This document shows, piece by piece, positions 1 to 8,071 of a stretch of DNA of 21,894 nt. Under the pieces are notes generated by a model. That model was given only the letters and a program-made list of their open reading frames with translations. It did not search any database and was not told where the DNA came from. The stretch is from sequence record SRR31156797_1402; one strand, written 5' to 3'. How positions within the stretch are numbered: the first letter of the stretch is position 1; the number at the start of each line of letters is the position of its first letter. A program made the translations under genes and the position numbers.

Positions 1-683
1 CCGTGATACGAGTAGCCTACGGGGGCTATAGACCTTGAAGCCATGGAGAGGTTTCCTTTTGTATCCACCGCTTTGCTCAGAAAAAGATGAAGCTGTTTAA
101 CCACACTGCGCACACCGGAGGTGAGGATGAGCGAATCCATCTCTTTAGTAATTTTTTCATATGTAGCTAGTGAGCCGGCTTTATAAACATAATGTCCGCT
201 TCGGGGGATTTTGATCATATCTTTTGATCTGACACTATCAGTAAGACTGCTGAATATCTTTTCACCGAGAAAACCGTAAATAGAAGCGTCTCTGCTGAAA
301 AGCTCCTCAATATAATCAAGCTCCGCCTTAGTGAAAGCTTGCAGGGAATCAATATTTTGACCATACCTGACTGCGTCATCGAAATTAAGCAGGTTAAAGT
401 GCCCGAAACCGACATAACGCATGAGAGCTCTTGTCTTTTTCTGACAGGATTTTATAAGCTCAAACTCTGCTGCATCCGCTATGAGGTCGTCTTTGAATGA
501 TCTGTTGAAATTTTTGATCTTTTCGAAATAGTCGCCGGATGTGAATAGAGATTCCTTCTCTGTAAAGCTGCGTACAAGATGAAACTTGTTTAAGCCGTAA
601 CCGGAAAAGGCGTGAACCGCAGACGGCACGCAAGATATAAAAGCAGCAGAAAGTGAAAGCTTAAGAAATCCCCTTCTATCCAT
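1..683 (-). CDS. Tat-exported M15B (VanY-like) Zn D,D-carboxypeptidase family protein, 3' end truncated by the window edge
   Basis: Hand translation from ATG at 683 stays open to position 1: MDRRGFLKLSLSAAFISCVPSAVHAF...LILTSGVRSVVKQLHLFLSKAVDTKGNLSMASRSIAPVGYSYHG. It has a twin-arginine motif (DRRGFLK) and a VHA-type cleavage site. SGxRS followed by APxGYSxH matches the start of the M15B SxHxxGxxxD motif. Not in the ORF track because no stop codon lies in the window. Confidence 0.8.
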   Translation of the reverse strand, partial: MDRRGFLKLSLSAAFISCVPSAVHAFSGYGLNKFHLVRSFTEKESLFTSGDYFEKIKNFNRSFKDDLIADAAEFELIKSCQKKTRALMRYVGFGHFNLLNFDDAVRYGQNIDSLQAFTKAELDYIEELFSRDASIYGFLGEKIFSSLTDSVRSKDMIKIPRSGHYVYKAGSLATYEKITKEMDSLILTSGVRSVVKQLHLFLSKAVDTKGNLSMASRSIAPVGYSYH

Positions 684-763
684 GATTTAATACCCGAACG
701 TTAGTATAGTTACTATAATACTACAGAATAGCTGTAATTATTGAAAGTAAAATTAATGACATG

Positions 764-789
764 AAAAAGGCGGCCAAATGTGACCGCCT
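764..789 (-). terminator. Rho-independent terminator after the fadL-like gene
   Basis: Minus strand AGGCGGTCA-CATT-TGGCCGCCT (9-bp stem with one G-U pair) followed by TTTT, 11 nt after the stop codon. Confidence 0.8.
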
Positions 790-800
790 GAAAAGGTTTA

Positions 801-2291
801 TTAGAATTTATAAGATACAGTTACGCCGTAGCCGATAACTACTCCGTCAGCCTTGAGAGAAACATCACCTTCGTGAATTTCTCTGTAGAAAGAATCGTTA
901 AGATTCTCAGACTCGCCGCTGGCGATATCAATAGTTGTAATTTTGATATACTGAAGCGCAAGATCAACATCTATATTACCGAAGTGAAGACCTAAACCAC
1001 CAGAGATAATATGCTTATCTGAGTCTGGCCACTGGATGTCCATTGTGCTATCAGGCACAACAGATGGATCGTAGTAGTAACCCGCACGCAGATCTACAGT
1101 TTTGTTAAGTTTATACTCTGCACCTATCCTGTACTGCCATGTGTCCTTCCACTTCCTTTCAAAGTGCTCTTCAGGAACACCAGTAGGAGCCACACCAGGT
1201 GTAGCCATAAAAGGATCATCAAATTTCACAGTGTAAGACTGTATGTTGCCCCACCATGTTCTGGTAACGTCTGCGTTGATAGACCATTTTTCTGTAGGTT
1301 TATACTCAACACCGAGCTGAATCTGATCAGGAGTATCTATATCTGTAGAAGCGTCCTGATTGTAGTTCTGCCAGTAGGTAGGAGTAGGCTTTACGTCTAC
1401 TTCGCCCTCAAGCTTAGTATTTGCTTTACCTCTGTATGTGAAACCAACTGAGAACTTCTCGTTGAATTCGTAAAGTATACCGAAGTTGAAAGAGTAGTTA
1501 AAATCATCTTCCATATGTGTCTGGTACTGTGAACCGTCAAGGTCACGATATGCCGCAGCAGCAGCAGGACCATTTGTCGTAGCAGCAGATGTCGCAGCAA
1601 CATCAGCAGCAGCAGCAGAATACCCAGCTCCTATAGCCGTAGCATAAGCCTGCTGGTAAGCGAGAGCTGTCATAACTGTGTCATTCTGCATAAACTCAGG
1701 GACATATCTTATTCTCTCTGAGCCGGCTTTAGTTTTACCAATCGAAACACCAAAACCGAGAGAGAGCTTGTCATTAACTTTGTAAGAAACAGAAGGAGTG
1801 ATAACTTCCCTCATGTAGTAAGACTTATATGTATTATAGGCACCGGGATTCTTTCCAGGGTTTCTCTCCCATTCGAGTGAAAGACCGTAAGGCACATAGA
1901 AAGCCACACCTAAAGTCACTTTATCATTTAAAGGATGAACATAGCCCATGTGAGGAACTATAAGCAGGGGAGCCTGATCTTCAACTTTATCCGCTGAAGG
2001 GTTGCTTGTCATAGCATCTGTTGTTGCAGATGGAGTTGTCATGTCTGCTTCGAAATCTCTTATTTCTAATCTCGGGTCAAGAAAATGACTCCCGATAGTA
2101 AAAGTTTTCTTTTTGATCCTGCTCATTGCAGCAGGGTTATAGTATACGGAAAATGCGTCGTCTGTTCCGGCGGTCATAGCACCACCCATGGATACTGCTC
2201 TTGAACCGATGCCGTATGTGTCTACGTGACCCGCAAAAGCAGAGCCAGCGCCCAAGCATACAGCAAGAGCAACCATTAATAATTTCTTCAT
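801..2291 (-). CDS. fadL: FadL/TodX/OmpP1-family outer-membrane transport protein (496 aa)
   Basis: Signal peptide MKKLLMVALAVCLGAGSAFA; hatch motif GxxAxSMGGAxxAxxDDxxxxYYNPA; amphipathic beta strands; C-terminal VSYKF. Start moved from 2417 to ATG 2291, which has GGAGG at 2296-2300. Confidence 0.9.
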   Translation of the reverse strand: MKKLLMVALAVCLGAGSAFAGHVDTYGIGSRAVSMGGAMTAGTDDAFSVYYNPAAMSRIKKKTFTIGSHFLDPRLEIRDFEADMTTPSATTDAMTSNPSADKVEDQAPLLIVPHMGYVHPLNDKVTLGVAFYVPYGLSLEWERNPGKNPGAYNTYKSYYMREVITPSVSYKVNDKLSLGFGVSIGKTKAGSERIRYVPEFMQNDTVMTALAYQQAYATAIGAGYSAAAADVAATSAATTNGPAAAAAYRDLDGSQYQTHMEDDFNYSFNFGILYEFNEKFSVGFTYRGKANTKLEGEVDVKPTPTYWQNYNQDASTDIDTPDQIQLGVEYKPTEKWSINADVTRTWWGNIQSYTVKFDDPFMATPGVAPTGVPEEHFERKWKDTWQYRIGAEYKLNKTVDLRAGYYYDPSVVPDSTMDIQWPDSDKHIISGGLGLHFGNIDVDLALQYIKITTIDIASGESENLNDSFYREIHEGDVSLKADGVVIGYGVTVSYKF

Positions 2292-2318
2292 ATTGCCTCC
2301 AATGTTTACACACGAATT

Positions 2319-2387
2319 AGACAAATTTATAACATTGTCTGAAAAGAAGCAATAATTAATTATATAGTTTATTAAGTTACTTAATAA
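2319..2387 (-). promoter_or_regulatory. Candidate fadL promoter with two palindromic operators
   Basis: TTGCTT(2352-2347)-17 nt-TAAATT(2329-2324), with an alternative TATAAT at 2364-2359. Inverted repeats AGACAA-at-TTATAA-ca-TTGTCT (2319-2340) and a perfect TTATTAAGT-T-ACTTAATAA (2369-2387). Confidence 0.5.
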
Positions 2388-2402
2388 GTTTGCGCACGAA
2401 CG

Positions 2403-2437
2403 AAAAAATAGGGTCAACTACCAATAAGTTGACCCTA
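2403..2437 (-). terminator. Rho-independent terminator after tyrS-DUF1015
   Basis: Perfect 11-bp stem TAGGGTCAACT/AGTTGACCCTA with a 7-nt loop, followed by T6 on the minus strand. Confidence 0.9.
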
Positions 2438-2450
2438 CGTTAAGCATTGA

Positions 2451-3707
2451 TTAAAACTGGTTTATAACCAGCCCTGTTTGAAGTTTCGGATAGAAATATG
2501 TGGATTTCTGAGGCATAACAAGACCACTCTCTGAAATCTCTCTGACAATCTCGATGTCCACACCTTTAAGTAGGAAAGCGACAGCTTTCTTATTAGCGGT
2601 GAGCTTGTTTATCTTGTCCATAGTCTGAACAAAGTAAACACCCTCTTTGCGGAGGATTCTGTCTTCGTCCATACCGAGGACATCTATCATAACCGCTTTC
2701 TGAAGGAGGTATGTATCTATTTTACGGTAAATAGGGTGGAGATTCTCAAGAACCTCTTCGCCAGCTTTGATACCGTAGAATTTATCGTCGTAGTAAACAG
2801 CCATTGTCCTGCCGTTTGCTTCGTTGTTGATATATTCAGTAGCAGAAGCTTCATCCGCAAGCTCTTCGACTGTGAATGTCTTAGCTACCTGCTCGAGGAA
2901 TGCATCGATATCAAAATCAGCATCCACGTCTACAACTCTGTGAGTAGGGAAGATTTTGAGACCTTCGTCATAGAAGTTTACAAACTTCATCATAACGTAA
3001 TCGTAAGGTTTTTCCTCACCCTCAACATCGCCGTTAAGCTCACGCATGTAATCACGGAAATTGAGAGCTGTCTCATATCTGTGGTGTCCGTCTGCAATAT
3101 ATATCGCCTTATCTTTCATAAAGTTTTCGATATACTCGACAGCGTCGTTCTCTTCCACAGCCCAGAGAGTATTTTTAACACCTGTATCATCCACAGCGGA
3201 TGAAGCAGGCATATTCTTCTTAGCGTTGCCAAAAACAGAGTTCAGCATGTTTTCCTTATCCATATAGAGACCGAAAATCTGGCTGAAGTTAGTTTTACAC
3301 TCTTTCATCAGCTCAAATCTGTCTTTCTTAGGACCGGAAAGTGTTTTCTCATGTGGATAAACAGAACCTTTACCAAGCTCTTCGAGTTTGAGGAGACCTA
3401 CGAAACCTGTACGGACATATTCTTTGCCGCCATATTCGTAAATCTGCTCGTAAACATAAAAGCCAGGTTTAACATCCTGCTGAAGGATTCCTTTATCGAG
3501 GAGATCCTTATAAATTTTTGCCGCGTTAGCGTACTTATCTTCATCTCCGTCAGGGAGATCCATTGTTACAACATTATGAGGACACTTAGCTTTAAGCGCC
3601 TCTTTCATCTCAGGTGAGATGACATCATATGGGGGAGCGATTACATTTTTGAGGAGAACTTCCTCAAGGTTGTATCTAACTCCAGCTAAAGGTCTTACTA
3701 TAGACAC
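2451..3707 (-). CDS. DUF1015 family protein
   Basis: Family motifs APPYDVI, GxxxPHExT, IYIADGHHRYETA, PTHR and C-terminal MPQKSTYFYPKL. GTG start with GGAGG at 3714-3718. Confidence 0.88.
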   Translation of the reverse strand: MSIVRPLAGVRYNLEEVLLKNVIAPPYDVISPEMKEALKAKCPHNVVTMDLPDGDEDKYANAAKIYKDLLDKGILQQDVKPGFYVYEQIYEYGGKEYVRTGFVGLLKLEELGKGSVYPHEKTLSGPKKDRFELMKECKTNFSQIFGLYMDKENMLNSVFGNAKKNMPASSAVDDTGVKNTLWAVEENDAVEYIENFMKDKAIYIADGHHRYETALNFRDYMRELNGDVEGEEKPYDYVMMKFVNFYDEGLKIFPTHRVVDVDADFDIDAFLEQVAKTFTVEELADEASATEYINNEANGRTMAVYYDDKFYGIKAGEEVLENLHPIYRKIDTYLLQKAVMIDVLGMDEDRILRKEGVYFVQTMDKINKLTANKKAVAFLLKGVDIEIVREISESGLVMPQKSTYFYPKLQTGLVINQF

Positions 3708-3720
3708 TTTCTTCCTCCGG

Positions 3721-4929
3721 TTAACTGACTTTCAGTTTTGCGAATTTTCTTTTACCTACTTTCAGGACGTACTCGCCCTCAGTGAGACAATCGTCAACAC
3801 TCTCTACTTTCTCGCCATCTATATATATACCACCCTGCTTAGCGAGTCTTCTTATCTCGCTGTTGCTAGGTAGAAAGTTTAAACCGTTTTTCCCGATCGT
3901 ATCTAACAGTTTAACATCTGTGCCCATTTCGTAAACAGGCATATCATCCGGATTCTCACGCTTGGAAAAGATCTGCTCAAACCCCTCTCTAGCTTCCTTA
4001 GCGGCAGCATCAGAGTGAAACCTTGCAACTATCTCCATAGCAAGTTCCTTCTTAGCGTCCATAGGGTGCTTGTCTCCGTCTGAGACAGCTTTTTTAAGCT
4101 CATCTATCTCAGCGAGAGACTTATCCGAAAGGAGCAGATAATATCTGAACATCAGCTCGTCAGATATAGACATAGCCTTGCCAAACATATCCTGTGGAGA
4201 TTCTGCGATGCCTATATAGTTGTTAAGGGATTTAGACATCTTCTGAACACCGTCAAGACCCTCAAGGATAGGCATAGTAAGCGCAACCTGCGGAGCCTGA
4301 TTATGCGCTCTCTGGAGATCACGACCGACAAGAAGGTTAAACTTCTGGTCAGTACCGCCAAGCTCAACGTCACTCTTAAGAGCGACAGAGTCGTAACCCT
4401 GTACAAGCGGATAGAGAAACTCATGTATGCTAATTGGTCTGTTATCTTTATATCTTTTAGAGAAATCGTCACGCTCAAGCATCCTGGCAACTGTATACTG
4501 GGAAGTGAGCTTGATCATATCTGAAGAGGACATCCCCTCCATCCATGTAGAGTTAAAAGCGACTTCAGTCTTCTCAGGGTCGAGTATTTTGAAAACCTGC
4601 TCTTTATAGGTCTCAGCGTTTGCGAGAACCTCTTCTTTTGTGAGAGCCTTCCTCGTCTCATTCTTACCCGTAGGGTCGCCTATCATACCGGTGAAATCAC
4701 CTATAAGGAAAACAACCTGATGACCAAGATCCTGAAAATGTTTCAGTTTTTGTATAAGAACTGTATGCCCTAGGTGAAGGTCAGGAGCCGTAGGGTCAAA
4801 TCCAGCCTTTATCCTGAGCGGAGTATCTGTTTCGTAAGATTTTGTAAGTTTTTTAAGGAGCTCTTCTTCGGAGATAATCTCCTCGCTCCCTCTTCTTATC
4901 TGTTCTAACTGCTCTTCTGGTTTAAGCAC
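3721..4929 (-). CDS. tyrS: Tyrosine--tRNA ligase
   Basis: [13 protein letters not shown] (HIGH motif), [21 protein letters not shown] and a C-terminal S4-like domain (VGKRKF). Start moved to GTG 4929, which has GGAGG at 4934-4938. Confidence 0.97.
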   Translation of the reverse strand: MLKPEEQLEQIRRGSEEIISEEELLKKLTKSYETDTPLRIKAGFDPTAPDLHLGHTVLIQKLKHFQDLGHQVVFLIGDFTGMIGDPTGKNETRKALTKEEVLANAETYKEQVFKILDPEKTEVAFNSTWMEGMSSSDMIKLTSQYTVARMLERDDFSKRYKDNRPISIHEFLYPLVQGYDSVALKSDVELGGTDQKFNLLVGRDLQRAHNQAPQVALTMPILEGLDGVQKMSKSLNNYIGIAESPQDMFGKAMSISDELMFRYYLLLSDKSLAEIDELKKAVSDGDKHPMDAKKELAMEIVARFHSDAAAKEAREGFEQIFSKRENPDDMPVYEMGTDVKLLDTIGKNGLNFLPSNSEIRRLAKQGGIYIDGEKVESVDDCLTEGEYVLKVGKRKFAKLKVS

Positions 4930-4980
4930 ATTTCCTCCAAATTTATGCCAGAGTTCCGGCATAAAGCAAAATGTATGTAG

Positions 4981-5009
4981 TTTATATCTGATTCTGATAG
5001 ATTGTTCAA
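4981..5009 (-). promoter_or_regulatory. Candidate sigma70 promoter for tyrS
   Basis: TTGAAC(5009-5004)-17 nt-TATAAA(4986-4981) in the pilD-tyrS gap. Confidence 0.55.
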
Positions 5010-5031
5010 GCTAACTGTTGTTTTTTGTATA

Positions 5032-5769
5032 CTATATCCCGTATAATAGCCTATCCATAAGGGTTTCAAAGAAAAGATAAATTAGAGCTGATGCCGAAAT
5101 AAACGGTCCGAACGGTATCATCATATCCTTTTTACCTGTTGCCACCTGCCAGATGACCCCGATTACAGCCCCCATAAGGGCGGATGCGAAAACAAGAAAA
5201 AACACGGACTTCAATCCGAGAAAAGCACCGCAGACAGCGATTAGTTTTATATCACCAAAGCCCATCCCTTCACGCTTTCTGACTAATTTGTATAAAAAAG
5301 CCGGAATGAATAAGGCGAGAAAACCGCCAGCAGCGCCGTATATCGGAAATAGTATGTTACCGTATGCAAAATAAGAAGTTACACTCCCTGCTGCCAGCCC
5401 GAAAACAATCAGGCTATCAGGGATAATTCCGCACTCGAAATCTTCATCTATAGCTGAATATAAATCTGCAAGCCCAGCAGAGACTGTTGTTAATATGAGA
5501 AATACAGCGAGCACAAACTCAGCCGAAAGGTCAAATCTGTAATAGCTATACCACACAAGGACACCCGTCAGAAGCTCTGTCAGCGGATACATCACCGATA
5601 TCTTTTCACCACAAGACCTACATTTGCCACGCAGTAAAACCCAGCTCAAAAGAGGTATATTATCGTAAAATCTAATATAATTACCGCATGATGTGCAGTT
5701 CGAAGGGGGGCGAACTATAGAGAGATCCCTCGGAAGTCTGTATATAAGGACGTTCATAAAGCTCCCCAT
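5032..5769 (-). CDS. pilD: Type IV prepilin peptidase/N-methyltransferase (A24A); true start probably upstream, near 5808
   Basis: GSFxNVxIYRLP, two CxxC motifs (CTSC, CRSC), DNIP, GMGFGDIKL (GxGD aspartate) and IPFGPF. Confidence 0.93.
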   Translation of the reverse strand: MGSFMNVLIYRLPRDLSIVRPPSNCTSCGNYIRFYDNIPLLSWVLLRGKCRSCGEKISVMYPLTELLTGVLVWYSYYRFDLSAEFVLAVFLILTTVSAGLADLYSAIDEDFECGIIPDSLIVFGLAAGSVTSYFAYGNILFPIYGAAGGFLALFIPAFLYKLVRKREGMGFGDIKLIAVCGAFLGLKSVFFLVFASALMGAVIGVIWQVATGKKDMMIPFGPFISASALIYLFFETLMDRLLYGI

Positions 5770-5824
5770 GCAGAGGCCGAGGCAGAACGTATAAATATGT
5801 AAAGCTATGTCACACCGCCGAAAA

Positions 5825-6295
5825 TTAAGAAGGAGTATCGTTCAGGGCAACTTCGATAACAAATGTGTCTTCACCAACATTAAAAGTCATGCCGATACAT
5901 TTAACATTCTTCTGTTTGCCCACCATATGGTTTTTACCAACGACAACGTTAGGGATTGATATCTTAAACCTGATACCGTTTTTAGAAAAAACCTGCTTAG
6001 CGCCGCCGGCGATCATGTTAAGTATCTCACCGATTGCGTCCATAACATCTTCATCGACTTCGGTTTTAGTCTCACCGAGGAAATTTTCAAGGACTTTAAA
6101 AGCTAGATTTTCTGTCATGGAGATCACAACAAAGCCAGAAGCCTGACCTGCCAGACCGATAATACCGGATATATCATAAGGAAGTTTTTCGTTAGTTTTA
6201 ACATAAAGCTGCCCACGCTCAGGCTCGATGCCGACCATGGTTTTAAAAACTTCACTTGTAGCTGTTATAAATGGGTTTACGTATTCCGCTTTCAT
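5825..6295 (-). CDS. cheX: CheX-family CheY-P phosphatase
   Basis: 156 aa; N-terminal YVNPFI, ISGIIGLAG, catalytic E-x-x-N in DAIGEILNMIAG, and ISIP. Confidence 0.9.
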   Translation of the reverse strand: MKAEYVNPFITATSEVFKTMVGIEPERGQLYVKTNEKLPYDISGIIGLAGQASGFVVISMTENLAFKVLENFLGETKTEVDEDVMDAIGEILNMIAGGAKQVFSKNGIRFKISIPNVVVGKNHMVGKQKNVKCIGMTFNVGEDTFVIEVALNDTPS

Positions 6296-6297
6296 AG

Positions 6298-7095
6298 TTA
6301 AATTGCCATAAATATTAATTTGTTTTTATCTGCAAACTGTTTACAAGCTTCCAAATCAACTATAAAAGTCGCATTAGCTTCCACAGCAAGCACCACCCCG
6401 TTATTATCTGATAAATTTTTTAGAGTGTCAACACCCACTGTAGGGATATCAAATCTTTTATCCTGTGATGGTTTTGCACATTTGACCACTACTGCGCCCT
6501 TCTTAGCAAGCTCACAGCCTCTTGCAACAGCCTTGTCTGTACCCTCAATAGCCTCAAGAGCCATCACAGCTTTGTTTTTCACAACAACTGTTTGACCGAC
6601 ATCAATACGCCCGAGCTCTTTAGCGACCTCAAACCCGTACTCAATATCTTCCATCTGTTCTTTCGAAGGTTTTTTATTCGAAATAATTCCCGGTTTGACA
6701 AACAACCCTTGCAAAGCCTCTGTCTGTTCCATAACCTCTATCCCGTTTGCATGCATCTCATCACATATAGCGTTCATAAGAGTGTCATCTTTACGATTTA
6801 TAGTAGAGGCGAGGAGTTTCATAGCTGTTACATCGAATTTGATGTCTGAAAAAAGGAGAGACTTATTCACCTTTCCAGCAAATAAAATCCTGTTAACATT
6901 ATTCTTTTTGAGATTCTTTATAATTTTGCCGACCTGAGTAACTGAGAATTTCTCTACGGTGGCATCTATATTAGCAAAATCTGCTGTAACCTCTTCATAG
7001 AGGGCGATGACGTGGATGTCATGCCCGTCTTTTATAAGATTTTCAGCGGCAATTAAAGGTAAGGTTCCGTAGCCTGCGATCAGACCAGTTTTCAA
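6298..7095 (-). CDS. lpxI: UDP-2,3-diacylglucosamine diphosphatase LpxI (DUF1009)
   Basis: LIAGxGxLP, DVGQTVVV, ALEAIEGTD and KPSQDKRFDIPTVG. TTG start overlaps the upstream TGA; lies in the lpx cluster. Confidence 0.93.
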   Translation of the reverse strand: MKTGLIAGYGTLPLIAAENLIKDGHDIHVIALYEEVTADFANIDATVEKFSVTQVGKIIKNLKKNNVNRILFAGKVNKSLLFSDIKFDVTAMKLLASTINRKDDTLMNAICDEMHANGIEVMEQTEALQGLFVKPGIISNKKPSKEQMEDIEYGFEVAKELGRIDVGQTVVVKNKAVMALEAIEGTDKAVARGCELAKKGAVVVKCAKPSQDKRFDIPTVGVDTLKNLSDNNGVVLAVEANATFIVDLEACKQFADKNKLIFMAI

Positions 7096-8069
7096 ACCTT
7101 AACCTCTATTGTATTACTATTGCTGCCTCTGAGAAGCTCATCAACTTTCAGAGCTACTTTCAGCGAACGAAGCTCGTGCTCGACAGTGACCTTTCTCTCC
7201 TCATCGCCTGAAACACAGTCGAGGAAGTGCTTGATCTCCATCTTGAGCGGGTTGTCTTTATATACAAATAGCTTCTCATACATATATTCGTTTTTATACT
7301 TAAGCTCTTTCTTACCGAACTCTTTCCCCTCTTTCGCCTCACGATAGATATTGATATCCTGAGTTGTATAATCGAGGTAGATGAAAGCGCCCTTCTGAGA
7401 GATGCTCATAGTTCTGTCTTTCTTCTGAGTTACACGGCTGACAAGGATATTCGCAACACAGTTATCTTCGAACTGGATTGTAACAGTAGAGAAGTCAGGT
7501 GTCGGCGAATAAACGGAGTTACCGTGCGCCTGAACGCTGATGATGTTTTTGTTTACCATGTTGAGAATGATGTCTATGTCGTGGATCATAAGATCGAGGA
7601 CGATAGAGTCATTCTTAAAATTCGGGTTATAAGGTCCGACACGCCTTGACTCAATAAGATAAGGCTCATCAGTGATGTTATCAAGCTCCTGAACAGCTCC
7701 GTTGAAACGCTCAACGTGACCGATGTGCAGAACAAGATTCTTCTTCTCAGCTATATCAAAAAGCTCAGTAGCCTGCTCTATGTTGGTTGTCACAGGCTTC
7801 TCAACGAGGACGTGTTTACCCTCTTCGAGACATCTCTTAGCTATGTCGAAGTGGTGCTTTGTAGGAGCCGCAACAGTTACAGCATCAACCTTGCTAAGCA
7901 TTTCTTCAAAATTGCCTGTCATTTCGTAGTTATAATTTTTAGCTACCGCTTCTCTCACAGCAGCATCAGGGTCACAAAGCATCTGAAGATCAGATTCTGA
8001 CATCTCATCGTTAAGATTCAGATGGTAGCGTCCCATTTTTCCAAGTCCGATAATACCTGTTTTAACCAC
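7092..8069 (-). CDS. Gfo/Idh/MocA NAD-dependent oxidoreductase, probable GnnA-like UDP-GlcNAc 3-dehydrogenase
   Basis: Rossmann motif GLGKMG, EKP, GHVERFN and DLMIHDID; sits between lpxA and lpxI. The family call is firm; the GnnA function is inferred from context. Confidence 0.85.
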   Translation of the reverse strand: MVKTGIIGLGKMGRYHLNLNDEMSESDLQMLCDPDAAVREAVAKNYNYEMTGNFEEMLSKVDAVTVAAPTKHHFDIAKRCLEEGKHVLVEKPVTTNIEQATELFDIAEKKNLVLHIGHVERFNGAVQELDNITDEPYLIESRRVGPYNPNFKNDSIVLDLMIHDIDIILNMVNKNIISVQAHGNSVYSPTPDFSTVTIQFEDNCVANILVSRVTQKKDRTMSISQKGAFIYLDYTTQDINIYREAKEGKEFGKKELKYKNEYMYEKLFVYKDNPLKMEIKHFLDCVSGDEERKVTVEHELRSLKVALKVDELLRGSNSNTIEVKV

Positions 8070-8071
8070 AC

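Noticed and set aside
2352..2363. Perfect palindrome ATAATTAATTAT
   Set aside because: It is purely A/T in a very AT-rich gap, so likely by chance; not counted as a separate operator.
2292..2417. 42-aa N-terminal extension of the FadL ORF in the ORF track
   Set aside because: It runs through the promoter and into the upstream terminator; the signal peptide and GGAGG mark ATG 2291 as the start.
4930..4962. N-terminal extension [11 protein letters not shown] of tyrS
   Set aside because: GGAGG sits just before GTG 4929, and ATG 4962 has no SD.
4930..5031. T-box riboswitch upstream of tyrS
   Set aside because: The gap is only about 100 nt, with no UGGNACC T-box motif and no terminator.
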